From positions 1-25,373 of the forward strand of contig DATHJR010000098.1 of assembly GCA_035286525.1 (NCBI GenBank): a DNA stretch of 25,373 bases. The letters are read 5' to 3'. Position 1 is the stretch's first letter. Every line of letters starts with the position of its first letter. The DNA comes from Gemmatimonadaceae bacterium. Lineage in GTDB: Bacteria > Gemmatimonadota > Gemmatimonadetes > Gemmatimonadales > Gemmatimonadaceae. The translations under genes were made by a program, and so were the position numbers. The notes below the pieces were generated by a model. It did no database searches and had not been told where the DNA came from. It saw only the letters and a program-made list of their open reading frames with translations. Shown here piece by piece: positions 17,031 through 25,373 of this stretch.

Positions 17031-18044
17031 TCAGCGCGCCGCTCGCCCCAGCGCCACGTTCGCCACCGCCGGCCGCGCGATTTTCGAGGGGTCGCCATCG
17101 CTCACGTACCGGTAGCCCTCCAGGCGATCCAGCATCTGCTCGAGCTGGTTGGCGAAAATCTCCACTCGCGGCAACCGCTTGGCATCGAACGCCGGATCGT
17201 ACGGGCTGCGCGCCGGGCCGCCCGCGACCTCGAGCACCGCATCGAAATCGTACCGCGCGACACGGCCGCCGTGCGGATCCTTCCACTCACCCGCTACCGC
17301 GAGCGCACGATTCTTCGGCCAGACTCCAAGCGGCAGCGCGAACGTGCGCACGCGATATCCGGGGACGGCGGAATCGATCGCCAACGTGCCGCGTGCGATC
17401 TGCTCCTGCACCACCGCATCGCTGTACTTCCCGAGGTTGGCGTGCCAGAGCGTGTGCCCGCACAGCTCGAAGCCCTCGTCGGCGAGAAATCGCATCTTCC
17501 GGAAGCGCCACTGCGACTTCTGTCCCTCGATGCCCTTCTCGCCGAAGAATGCGTGTCCGGCGGCGCCGCCGGACAGCACGCAGAACGTCGCCTTGTTCCG
17601 CCAGTCCGGATGCTCCTTGTTGAACGCCAGCCAGATGCCCACCGCGCTGTTCGAATCGATCTCCAGCGTTCCGTTGTGATCGATGTAGCTGAACTGGGAT
17701 GGCCCCGCGTCGTCGAACGTGAACACGACGGGCGATTTTCCCGCGGGCAAATCGATCCTTCTGTCGATCATCTCCGATACCGTGACCGGACGATAGCCGC
17801 TCGCGTAGAGGCGCTCGAGGTCGCGCCGAAAGTGATTGCGCTCGACGTGCCAGCGGGTGTCGCTGTCGCCCAGCAGGTGATACTCCAGAATCGGAATGCG
17901 CCCCAGCTCGTTCGGCGCGAGCTGATTTGTTTTCGAGCCCACTTCCCCGTGGTCTGCGGAGCTGACCGTCGCACTGCGTGACGACCCGTGGCAGGCGAGC
18001 GTGGCCAGGAGCAGCGAAGCGGTGATGCATCGGGCGCGAAACAT
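17031..18044 (-). CDS. Polysaccharide deacetylase (CE4/NodB) family lipoprotein
   Basis: Lipobox-like LAC, TFDDAG motif 1, GHTLWH metal-binding motif 2, FALPLG motif 3. Confidence 0.85.
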   Translation of the reverse strand: MFRARCITASLLLATLACHGSSRSATVSSADHGEVGSKTNQLAPNELGRIPILEYHLLGDSDTRWHVERNHFRRDLERLYASGYRPVTVSEMIDRRIDLPAGKSPVVFTFDDAGPSQFSYIDHNGTLEIDSNSAVGIWLAFNKEHPDWRNKATFCVLSGGAAGHAFFGEKGIEGQKSQWRFRKMRFLADEGFELCGHTLWHANLGKYSDAVVQEQIARGTLAIDSAVPGYRVRTFALPLGVWPKNRALAVAGEWKDPHGGRVARYDFDAVLEVAGGPARSPYDPAFDAKRLPRVEIFANQLEQMLDRLEGYRYVSDGDPSKIARPAVANVALGRAAR

Positions 18045-18162
18045 TGGTGTCCTTGAAACGGGGCAGGGTGGGCCGGAAGAATAATCATCCCGGCGCGCAA
18101 GTGTAGTCCTGCCGGAGACGATCGACGAGGCAACCCAGATACTGCGGCGCTAGTTTTCCGCG

Positions 18163-20046
18163 ATGCCTCCCGCGCGTCGTGGTCGCCCTCCCGCCATTCC
18201 CGTTCCCGACCCGACGTGGGGCGATCGCGTCCGGGCGCTTCGGTACGTGCCGAAGCTCGTCAAGCTCGTGTGGAACACCCATCCTGCATACACCCTGGTG
18301 ATGACGGTGCTCCGCATCGCCCGGGCGTTCGTGCCGGTCGCCGCACTCTGGATCGGGAAGCTGATCATCGATCGCGTCGTTGCTCTCCGCGGCACCCACG
18401 GATCGGCAACGCCACTCTGGCATCTCGTGGCGGCCGAGATCGGGATCGTGTTCGGCGGCGACCTCCTCGGCCGCGCCTCGTCGCTCGTCGAAAGTCTGCT
18501 GGGCGATCTGTTCTCGATTCACACGAGCATTCGCCTGATGGAGCACGCGGCGACGCTGGATCTCGCGCAGTTCGAGGATCCGACCTTCTACGATCAGCTG
18601 GAGCGGGCGCGCAGGCAGACGGTGGGGCGCATCGGGCTGCTCTCCGAGCTGCTGACGATGGGGCAGGACACGCTGACACTGCTCACGCTCGGGACCGCAT
18701 TGGCCGTGTACAGCCCGTGGCTCCTGTTGCTCCTGGCCGTCGCGGTGCTCCCGAGCTTTCTGGGGGAGACGCACTTCGCGGGACTCGAGTATTCGCTGCT
18801 GTACCGGTACACACCGGAGCGCCGGCAGCTCGACTATCTCCGCTACGTGGGAGCGAGCGACGTCACCGCGAAGGAAGTACAGATGTTCGGGATCGCCGGG
18901 TGGATCGTCGATCGGTACCGCGTGCTCGCGAACCGCTTCTACGAGGACAACAAGCGGCTCTCGATCCGAAAGGGAATCCTGAGCAGCGCGCTCTCGATCT
19001 TCGGCACGCTGGGTTACTACGCGGCGTACGTCGTGATCCTCGCGCGCACGATCGGGGGGACGATCTCGATCGGGTCGCTGACCTTTCTTGCCGCTTCGTT
19101 CGGCCGGAGCCGCGACATCGTGCAGCGAGTGCTGTCGAATGCGAGCGACATCTCGGAGCAGAGCCTGTACCTGAAGGATCTCTTCGACTTCTTCGAGATG
19201 AGGCCAACGATCACGACGGCGAGCGGCAGCCGCTCGATTCCGACGGTCATTACGCAGGGGTTCGTGTTCGAGGACGTGGGCTTCCGATATCCGGACAGCG
19301 AGCGCTGGGCAGTGCGCCACATCAGCTTCGCGCTGCGGCCGGGCGAGCGGATCGCGCTGGTGGGTGAAAACGGGGCGGGGAAGACGACGCTCACGAAGCT
19401 GCTGCCACGACTGTACGACCCGACCGAGGGGCGCATTCTGCTCGAGGGCGTCGACATCCGCGAATACGATCTCGGTGAGCTGCGCCACGCGGTGGGCGTG
19501 ATCTTCCAGGACTTCGTGCGCTTCGACATGCGGTTCGACGAGAACATCGGCGTGGGTGAGATCGATCGTGTGCGCGGGTATCTGGATCGCGTCGGAGGCG
19601 ACGGCGCGGAGGCGACGGTACCGGCGGAGCTGGTGGACGCGGCGGAGCAGTCGCTGGCGTCGTCGCTGCTACCGAGGTTCGCGGAGGGGTACCATCAGAT
19701 GCTGGGGCGGCGATTCGAGGGTGGCGTGGCGCTGTCCGGCGGCGAGTGGCAGAAGATCGCGCTCGCGCGCGCGTACCTGCGCGAGGCGCAGCTGCTGATT
19801 CTCGACGAGCCGACGGCGGCGCTCGATGCGCGCGCGGAGTACGAGGTGTTCCTGCGATTCTCCGAGCTCGTGGCGGGGCGAATGGCGGTGCTCATCTCGC
19901 ATCGATTCTCGACGGTGCGGATGGCGGATCGCATCATCGTGCTGCAGAACGGCGGGATCGTGGAGGAGGGGACGCACGACGATCTCGTTACGCGCGGCGG
20001 ACTGTACGCGGAGCTGTTCACGCTTCAGGCGGCGGGGTACCGGTAG
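18163..20046 (+). CDS. ABC exporter, fused permease/ATP-binding protein (MdlB-like)
   Basis: N-terminal TM domain, GENGAGKT, LSGGEWQ, ILDEPT and ISHR motifs. Confidence 0.93.
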   Translation: MPPARRGRPPAIPVPDPTWGDRVRALRYVPKLVKLVWNTHPAYTLVMTVLRIARAFVPVAALWIGKLIIDRVVALRGTHGSATPLWHLVAAEIGIVFGGDLLGRASSLVESLLGDLFSIHTSIRLMEHAATLDLAQFEDPTFYDQLERARRQTVGRIGLLSELLTMGQDTLTLLTLGTALAVYSPWLLLLLAVAVLPSFLGETHFAGLEYSLLYRYTPERRQLDYLRYVGASDVTAKEVQMFGIAGWIVDRYRVLANRFYEDNKRLSIRKGILSSALSIFGTLGYYAAYVVILARTIGGTISIGSLTFLAASFGRSRDIVQRVLSNASDISEQSLYLKDLFDFFEMRPTITTASGSRSIPTVITQGFVFEDVGFRYPDSERWAVRHISFALRPGERIALVGENGAGKTTLTKLLPRLYDPTEGRILLEGVDIREYDLGELRHAVGVIFQDFVRFDMRFDENIGVGEIDRVRGYLDRVGGDGAEATVPAELVDAAEQSLASSLLPRFAEGYHQMLGRRFEGGVALSGGEWQKIALARAYLREAQLLILDEPTAALDARAEYEVFLRFSELVAGRMAVLISHRFSTVRMADRIIVLQNGGIVEEGTHDDLVTRGGLYAELFTLQAAGYR

Positions 20047-20057
20047 CGCACGTCCGC

Positions 20058-20087
20058 TTGTGGGGGCCGCGATCCGCGTGCTAGAAT
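20058..20087 (+). promoter_or_regulatory. Sigma70-type promoter for the ankyrin gene
   Basis: TTGTGG (20058), 18-bp spacer, TAGAAT (20082), with an extended -10 TG at 20079. Confidence 0.55.
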
Positions 20088-20112
20088 GAGGGAGCGCGTC
20101 GGGATCGCGTCC

Positions 20113-20217
20113 GTGTCCGCGGAAAGAGCCGTGCTCACCCCACCAGCTGCATCGTTGGCTACGACACTCTTTTCTGCCTGAAATCCAGCGGACACCAGGC
20201 GTGGCGCGATTTGCGCC
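20113..20217 (+). ncRNA. Putative structured 5' leader (cis-regulatory RNA, unassigned)
   Basis: Nested stems 20113-20120/20188-20195, 20121-20128/20167-20174 and 20143-20147/20154-20158, a crossing pair 20175-20180/20196-20201, and a hairpin at 20203-20217 before the SD. Confidence 0.45.
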
Positions 20218-20232
20218 GGGAAAGGAGGCGTC

Positions 20233-21273
20233 ATGGCAGCGCCCATCGGCATCAATGTCGATCAGTACAGGACGCAGGCGAAGGAGCTGCTGAGCGACGC
20301 GCGGCTCTCGCGTCCCGAAGCGATGACTCGCTTCAAGGAACACCATCCAGAGCGTTCGACAGGGACGGCATTCGCGCGCGTCAAGCTCGCCGATGCGCAA
20401 CTCGTCATTGCGCGAGAGAATGGATTCGCGAGCTGGCCCCGATTCGTCGAGTATCTGCACTTTCGCAACGCCGTCGCCGCGCTCGATGCAGGCGACCTGC
20501 CGCGGCTCGAGGCGCTCATCGACGCGCATCCTTCGCTGCTCCGATATGCGTGCCGCGTGGGGGAATGGTACGAACAGGGGTATTTCGCGGGCGCGACGCT
20601 GCTGTGGCATATCGCAGGGAATCCAATCCGCGGTCCCCTGCCGCGGAACATTCTCGCGATCGCGCGCGTGTTGGTTGATCGGCACTTCACGGGCGAGGAT
20701 GCGCGCAACACCATTGGCCTGCTGCTCACCAGCAAACAGGCGTCGGAGGCGGGCGTCGCGCTGCCCATGATCGATCTGTTGACGCGCTCGGGCGCTCGCT
20801 TTGATCTTGACGCGCCGGACGCCCTGGACGCGCCGCTCCTCAATCACGCGCCGGACACCGCCGAGGCGCTCGTGCATCGCGGCGCGACCCCACAGCTCCG
20901 CCACTCGGCCGCGCTCGGAGACGTCGTCGCGATGAGGCGCATGCTCGGCGAGCCGGTGGATCAAACGACGCTGGATGACGCGCTGGTGTTCGCATGCATT
21001 CGCGGACAGCGCGACGCGGCGGCGCTACTCGTGGCGCGCGGAGCCAACGGCGGCGTGCTGCTCACGCCCGGCGGCCAGACGCCGCGCACCGCGCTTCACG
21101 AGGCTGCGAACCGCGGCTACGCCGAGATCGTCGAGTTACTGATCGCGGCGGGCGCGAGCGCCCTTGTCGTGGAGCCGCGCTGGAACGGGACTGCCGCTGG
21201 ATGGGCGCAGGCAGGCGGCTTCACGGCGTTGGCCGAGAGGCTCTGCGAACTTGGGCAAAGTGGGCGCCAGTGA
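20233..21273 (+). CDS. Ankyrin-repeat protein with an N-terminal helical domain
   Basis: TALHEAANRGYAEIVELLIAAGA and DALVFACIRGQRDAAALLVARGAN ankyrin repeats, an N-terminal LADAQLVIARENGFASW motif, and SD AAAGGAGG. Confidence 0.85.
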   Translation: MAAPIGINVDQYRTQAKELLSDARLSRPEAMTRFKEHHPERSTGTAFARVKLADAQLVIARENGFASWPRFVEYLHFRNAVAALDAGDLPRLEALIDAHPSLLRYACRVGEWYEQGYFAGATLLWHIAGNPIRGPLPRNILAIARVLVDRHFTGEDARNTIGLLLTSKQASEAGVALPMIDLLTRSGARFDLDAPDALDAPLLNHAPDTAEALVHRGATPQLRHSAALGDVVAMRRMLGEPVDQTTLDDALVFACIRGQRDAAALLVARGANGGVLLTPGGQTPRTALHEAANRGYAEIVELLIAAGASALVVEPRWNGTAAGWAQAGGFTALAERLCELGQSGRQ

Positions 21274-21306
21274 TGCCGGGCGCACACCGCCGCGCCGCGG
21301 TTCCGC

Positions 21307-21999
21307 CTAATCCTTGATCAGATATCCGCGGCCGCGAACCGTCTGGATGAGCGGGTTGTGCTTGTCCTCATCCAGCTTCTTGCGGAGATAGTTGATGTAG
21401 ACGTCCACAACGTTCGTGAGCGGATCCACATCGTGCTTCCATACGTGCTCGCTGATCATCTGCCGCGACACGATCCGCCCCGCATTGCGCACCAGATATT
21501 CGAGCAGCGCGTACTCCTTCTGTGTGAGCTCGATCACCTTTCCCGCGCGCTCGACGCGTCGCGCTACCGGATCGACGGTGAGATCGCGCACGCGCATCGT
21601 CGAGCTGCCCGCGGTAATCGTCGAACGGCGAAGGAGTGCCTTCACTCGCGCCAGCAGCTCGGCGTACTCGAATGGCTTCGCCAGGTAATCGTCCGCACCT
21701 GCGTCGAGTCCGCTCACCTTGTCGTCGACGGTCACGCGCGCAGTGAGCATCAGCACAGGAAACTGATAGCCGCGCGAACGAAATTCGCGAGCGAGCTCGT
21801 AGCCGCTCAGCTTCGGAAGTCCCACGTCGAGAATGGCGAGCGCCGGCGGATTGTCCAGAACTTTGTTGAGTCCGTCCTCGCCATCGGTTGCAGTGCGCAC
21901 GAAGTAGCCCGCGCCGCTGAGTATGCGCGGAAGGACGGCGAGAAGATCCGCGTCATCCTCGACAACCAGAACGGTATCCGTGATCGGCCCGTCGGACAT
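21307..21999 (-). CDS. OmpR/PhoB-family response regulator (CusR/MprA-like), no adjacent kinase
   Basis: LVVEDD, ILDVGLP, MLTAR, ADDYLAKPF and a winged helix ending IQTVRGRGY. Start trimmed to MSDGP. Confidence 0.93.
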   Translation of the reverse strand: MSDGPITDTVLVVEDDADLLAVLPRILSGAGYFVRTATDGEDGLNKVLDNPPALAILDVGLPKLSGYELAREFRSRGYQFPVLMLTARVTVDDKVSGLDAGADDYLAKPFEYAELLARVKALLRRSTITAGSSTMRVRDLTVDPVARRVERAGKVIELTQKEYALLEYLVRNAGRIVSRQMISEHVWKHDVDPLTNVVDVYINYLRKKLDEDKHNPLIQTVRGRGYLIKD

Positions 22000-22085
22000 A
22001 TTCCCCGATATTATGGTAAGATGCGTGTTTCGAACCGAAGTTAGCCGCTCTTGATCGATAGATGCGAGCAGCCTTTCTTTCAAGG

Positions 22086-22544
22086 GTGAGCCAGAATCGA
22101 CTGCGAGACGGAATCGGCCTAGGCGTGATCGCGGGCGCCGCCACGGCCGGAACCCTCATGGGATTCGGCCACGTGCGAGGCGCTACCCTGCAACCGCTGA
22201 ACGCCGTAGCCCACATGTTTGCCGGGAGCCGGGCGTTCATGACGACGGGCTTTCAGCCGGCGATCACCGGCGGAGCACTCGTCATCCACTTCCTGTCGAC
22301 GATCGTGTGGGGGGTTCTGCTCGCGTACATTGCCGCGCCGCTGAATGCTCGCGGTCGTGCCCTCGCGCCATTCGGCGTGGGAATGGTAGCATACCTCGTG
22401 GACCGTTTCGTTGCGCCGAGCGGAATGCGCCCTGGGTTCGAGCAGCTGCTCTCCAGTGGAGAAACGACCTTCGTCTATGTCGTTTTGGCCGCCGCCCTGG
22501 CGGCCGGTCTCCGGGTGTCGACCCTAGCAGAGTCGCGCGATTGA
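22086..22544 (+). CDS. Hypothetical membrane protein (about 4 TM)
   Basis: Four hydrophobic Gly/Ala-rich segments. GTG 22086 preferred over the track start. Confidence 0.7.
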   Translation: MSQNRLRDGIGLGVIAGAATAGTLMGFGHVRGATLQPLNAVAHMFAGSRAFMTTGFQPAITGGALVIHFLSTIVWGVLLAYIAAPLNARGRALAPFGVGMVAYLVDRFVAPSGMRPGFEQLLSSGETTFVYVVLAAALAAGLRVSTLAESRD

Positions 22545-22762
22545 CACGATTTGTCGCGGACTGCAACACGGCTGTCACTTAAAGGCAACACTCCGTCTGT
22601 CCGGTTCTATTGTGGATGCGCGCCATTACCATTGAGGTGTTGAATGGGCCAGCTGAGCGCAGTCGAGTCCGGCCTCGCTCTTGCTTCTCCGGTACTCGGA
22701 GACAATAGCTCGCGGACGTCAGCGAACGTCCGGTGCACGACTATTTTTTCACAGGAGGGAAA

Positions 22763-23299
22763 ATGGACTTCCTCGTAATGCTCGAGGAAGGTGTCGATCT
22801 GTCCCCCGTGCTCGCGCGGGTGGATTCGGTTCCCTCGGCGTTCTCCCAGGAGCGTTGCGACCGCGACGTCGTGACTCTCTACGGTGTGCCGAGAACCGAA
22901 TCGCTTGCTCTGGCGCTCGCGGCCGCGGTCGAAAGTCACCGCACCGGCGTGGGCCCTGGCACTTTCCGCCACCTCGGCCTGATGGTCGGACGTGGAGCTG
23001 TGGGTGATGCCGCGTGGCGCGATTCCACTACCGGCGAGATCGTCACCCGCGATCTGGACATCCCGCTCGATGTCCTCACCGCTACCGCACAGCATCTCGT
23101 CGCGCGTTTCGGAGCCAAGCTGCAGCGGCTCGTCGCAGGTCTTTCCATGCCGGATTGGCCGGAGGGCGCACGACGCGCCATCTCGATCACTCTGGACCCC
23201 GTCATCGAGCCCACGCGGGCTGCGATCGCGAAGATCGAGAGCGTGCTCGATATCTTCCGCGAGTCGGACGGGATGGCCTTTGAGCTCGAGGGTGACTAA
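22763..23299 (+). CDS. Hypothetical protein, 178 aa
   Basis: Strong SD AGGAGGG before ATG 22763, globular composition and a downstream hairpin. No family recognised. Confidence 0.65.
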   Translation: MDFLVMLEEGVDLSPVLARVDSVPSAFSQERCDRDVVTLYGVPRTESLALALAAAVESHRTGVGPGTFRHLGLMVGRGAVGDAAWRDSTTGEIVTRDLDIPLDVLTATAQHLVARFGAKLQRLVAGLSMPDWPEGARRAISITLDPVIEPTRAAIAKIESVLDIFRESDGMAFELEGD

Positions 23300-23325
23300 C
23301 GAACCTTCTCAAGTCCGAACGAAGC

Positions 23326-23357
23326 ATGAACGGGAGCGCCTCGGCGCTCCCGTTCGT
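23326..23357 (+). terminator. Strong hairpin, putative terminator lacking a U-tract
   Basis: ATGAACGGGAGCGC-CTCG-GCGCTCCCGTTCGT, a 14-bp stem with one G-U pair, 26 nt after the stop. Confidence 0.55.
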
Positions 23358-23425
23358 ACATCCGGGGGCGGGTGACGCGCGCCGCGATCTGGAGTTCGCC
23401 CTGCACGCGCCGTAACTTCGCCGCC

Positions 23426-24937
23426 ATGCTTATTCATCGCTTTCTCGCCCTCGCCGCGACGGTCGCCGTCGTCGCCGCGCCCGACGCACTCACTCAATCG
23501 CCACTTTCGGGCTTCGATGCCTACGTCGCCCGCGGCGTGAAGGACTGGAACGTTCCCGGACTCGCGATCGCCGTCGTGAAAGACGACTCCGTGGTGTTCG
23601 CAAGGGGGTACGGGGTGCGCAAGCTGGGCACCCAGGACTCGGTAAACACCCACACGCTCTTCGCGAACGCGTCCACGACGAAGGCCTTCACGTCCTTCGT
23701 AGTCGAGCTCATGGCCGACGAAGGGAAGATGCGAATGGATGCGCCGGTGATCACCTACCGGCCCGCGTTCCGCCTTTCCGATCCCGCCGCCACGCGCGAG
23801 GTCACCATCGCGGACCTGCTCTCTCACCGCACCGGCGTTCCCGAGGCCGATTACATCTGGTACGACGATACGTCGTCCTTCGCCGAGATCATGCGTCGCC
23901 TGAGCTACGTGCCCTTCAACGCGCCGCTCCGGTCGCACTTCGAGTACCAGAACATCACCTACGCGCTCGCCGGAAACATTGCGGCGGAGCGCGCCGGCAC
24001 TACCTGGGAAAAGCTCGTGCAAAGCCGCATCCTCGCCCCGCTCGGCATGCGCGAGACCACGACGGGCACTCCGGACGAGGCGTCGCACCGCAACATGGCC
24101 TTTCCGCACGACTACGTGAATGACACCCTACGCGTCATCCCGCGCTACGCCACCGACAACATCGGGCCCGCGGGCGCGATGTACTCGAGCGTGTCCGACA
24201 TGACGATCTGGATGCGCTTCTTACTCGACAGCGCGCGTCTGGGCGGCAAGCGCATGCTCTCGGCGCGCGGCTACGCCGACCTCTTCGCGCCGCACATCCT
24301 CGTCGACGAAAAGCAGTTCTATCCGACCGCCAAGCTCACGCACCCGCGCTTTCAGGGTTACGGACAGGGATGGTTCCTCGAGGACTACCGTGGCGAGTTC
24401 GTCGCCTTCCACACGGGCAGCATCGATGGTATGGTCGCCATCGTCGGCCTCATCCCCGATCGCCATCTCGGCGTCGTCGTCTTCGCGAATCGCGATCACG
24501 CCGAGCTCCGGCACGCGCTCATGTATACGGTGTTCGACCGGTATCTCGGCGCTTCGAAGCACGACTGGAGCGCCGAGATGCTCACGATGTACACGGCGCT
24601 GCGCGAAGAGGGGAAGCAGGCAGAGCGCAAGGTCGACGCGGCGCACATCGCCGGGACGCAGCCGTCGCTGCCGCTCGCGCGCTACGCGGGTGTATATGCG
24701 GACAGCCTCTATGGAACGGCAACGGTGAAGCTGGAGGGGAAGAGGCTGGTCGTCTCCTTCGGGCCGCTGTCGGCAGCCGACCTCGAGCATTGGCACTACG
24801 ATGCCTTCATGGCGCACTGGCACGACGCGTATCGCGGGCGGCAGCTCGTCACCTTCAGGCTCGCCGAAGATGGAACGGTCGCGGGGCTCGCGGTTGGCGA
24901 CGATGTGTTCTTCAGGCGCGTGCAGCTGAAGAGTTAA
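23426..24937 (+). CDS. Serine hydrolase, beta-lactamase/AmpC-like family with DUF3471-like C-terminus
   Basis: Signal peptide, SxxK (STTK), YxN (YQN), HTG motif and the C-terminal YAGVYADSLYG domain. Confidence 0.9.
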   Translation: MLIHRFLALAATVAVVAAPDALTQSPLSGFDAYVARGVKDWNVPGLAIAVVKDDSVVFARGYGVRKLGTQDSVNTHTLFANASTTKAFTSFVVELMADEGKMRMDAPVITYRPAFRLSDPAATREVTIADLLSHRTGVPEADYIWYDDTSSFAEIMRRLSYVPFNAPLRSHFEYQNITYALAGNIAAERAGTTWEKLVQSRILAPLGMRETTTGTPDEASHRNMAFPHDYVNDTLRVIPRYATDNIGPAGAMYSSVSDMTIWMRFLLDSARLGGKRMLSARGYADLFAPHILVDEKQFYPTAKLTHPRFQGYGQGWFLEDYRGEFVAFHTGSIDGMVAIVGLIPDRHLGVVVFANRDHAELRHALMYTVFDRYLGASKHDWSAEMLTMYTALREEGKQAERKVDAAHIAGTQPSLPLARYAGVYADSLYGTATVKLEGKRLVVSFGPLSAADLEHWHYDAFMAHWHDAYRGRQLVTFRLAEDGTVAGLAVGDDVFFRRVQLKS

Positions 24938-24970
24938 ATTGTCACGGAACCTCTCACCCCGATTGATCCC

Positions 24971-25366
24971 ATGAAATTCCTCGTCCTGATCTACAACGAG
25001 CCTGCGCTGCTCGACGCTCTTCCGCCCTCCGAGTTCGACACGACGATGCGCGGGTGTTTCGACAAGGCCGACGAGCTGAAAAAGGATGGAAAGCTCCTCG
25101 ATGCGCGGATGCTGCAGGCTCCGAGCACCGCCAAATCGATTCGCGTGCGCAACGGTCGTCGCACGACGCACGACGGACCCTTTGCGGAGACCAAGGAAGT
25201 GCTCGGAGGCTTCAATCTGATTGAGGCGGCGGATATGGATGAGGCGCTAGGCATTGCGGCGGAATTTCCGTGGTCGAGCACCGGCTGTGTGGAAGTGCGT
25301 CCCCTCGAGGACATGGACGCCGTGCGGCGGCGTGTGAAGGCGGCGCCGGCGATGTCGAGCGCCTGA
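24971..25366 (+). CDS. YciI/DGPF-domain protein
   Basis: DGPFAETKEVLGGF and VEVRPL motifs. Confidence 0.9.
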   Translation: MKFLVLIYNEPALLDALPPSEFDTTMRGCFDKADELKKDGKLLDARMLQAPSTAKSIRVRNGRRTTHDGPFAETKEVLGGFNLIEAADMDEALGIAAEFPWSSTGCVEVRPLEDMDAVRRRVKAAPAMSSA

Positions 25367-25373
25367 AGCGGGC

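Noticed and set aside
18085-20964. Minus-strand ORFs of 467 aa and 431 aa
   Set aside because: Antisense shadows of the ABC exporter and ankyrin genes.
22541-22570. Perfect TTGACA -35 hexamer
   Set aside because: It overlaps the stop of the membrane-protein gene, and there is no TAnnnT at a 16-18 bp spacing.
1-25373. CRISPR arrays, tRNA/rRNA, IS/transposase, integrase or prophage genes
   Set aside because: No regularly spaced repeats, cloverleaf or rRNA signatures, or mobile-element motifs were seen by eye.

Overview
GC-rich diderm bacterial chromosome segment; the gene content gives the impression of Gemmatimonadota, which is unverified. Left half is housekeeping and envelope: a YyaL-type thioredoxin-domain protein (cut by the window edge), a GT39/ArnT-like glycosyltransferase, an M20 peptidase, and a rho-tamA-tamB run. 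The centre (13085-16939) is a dense signalling cluster: a HisKA-only protein, a TPR-like protein, a stand-alone receiver, an atypical REC-AraC regulator, an unlisted 42-aa lipobox peptide gene and a 419-aa cytoplasmic TPR protein. The peptide and TPR promoters share a (T/A)GTCC(T/G)AAAA direct repeat at 21-bp phasing with a 13-bp identical core. This suggests a co-regulated peptide/TPR (RRNPP- or Rap/Phr-like) signalling cassette in a Gram-negative-type organism, and is the top lead. Other leads: a strand-specific structured RNA upstream of rho, a Rho whose N-terminal helix bundle is replaced by a low-complexity N/R/G-rich tail, and a structured leader ahead of an ankyrin gene. The right half holds a polysaccharide deacetylase, an ABC exporter, an orphan OmpR-family regulator, hypotheticals, a serine hydrolase and a YciI/DGPF protein. 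No tRNA, rRNA, CRISPR array or mobile element was recognised. Family calls come from motif recognition by eye, not from database searches.
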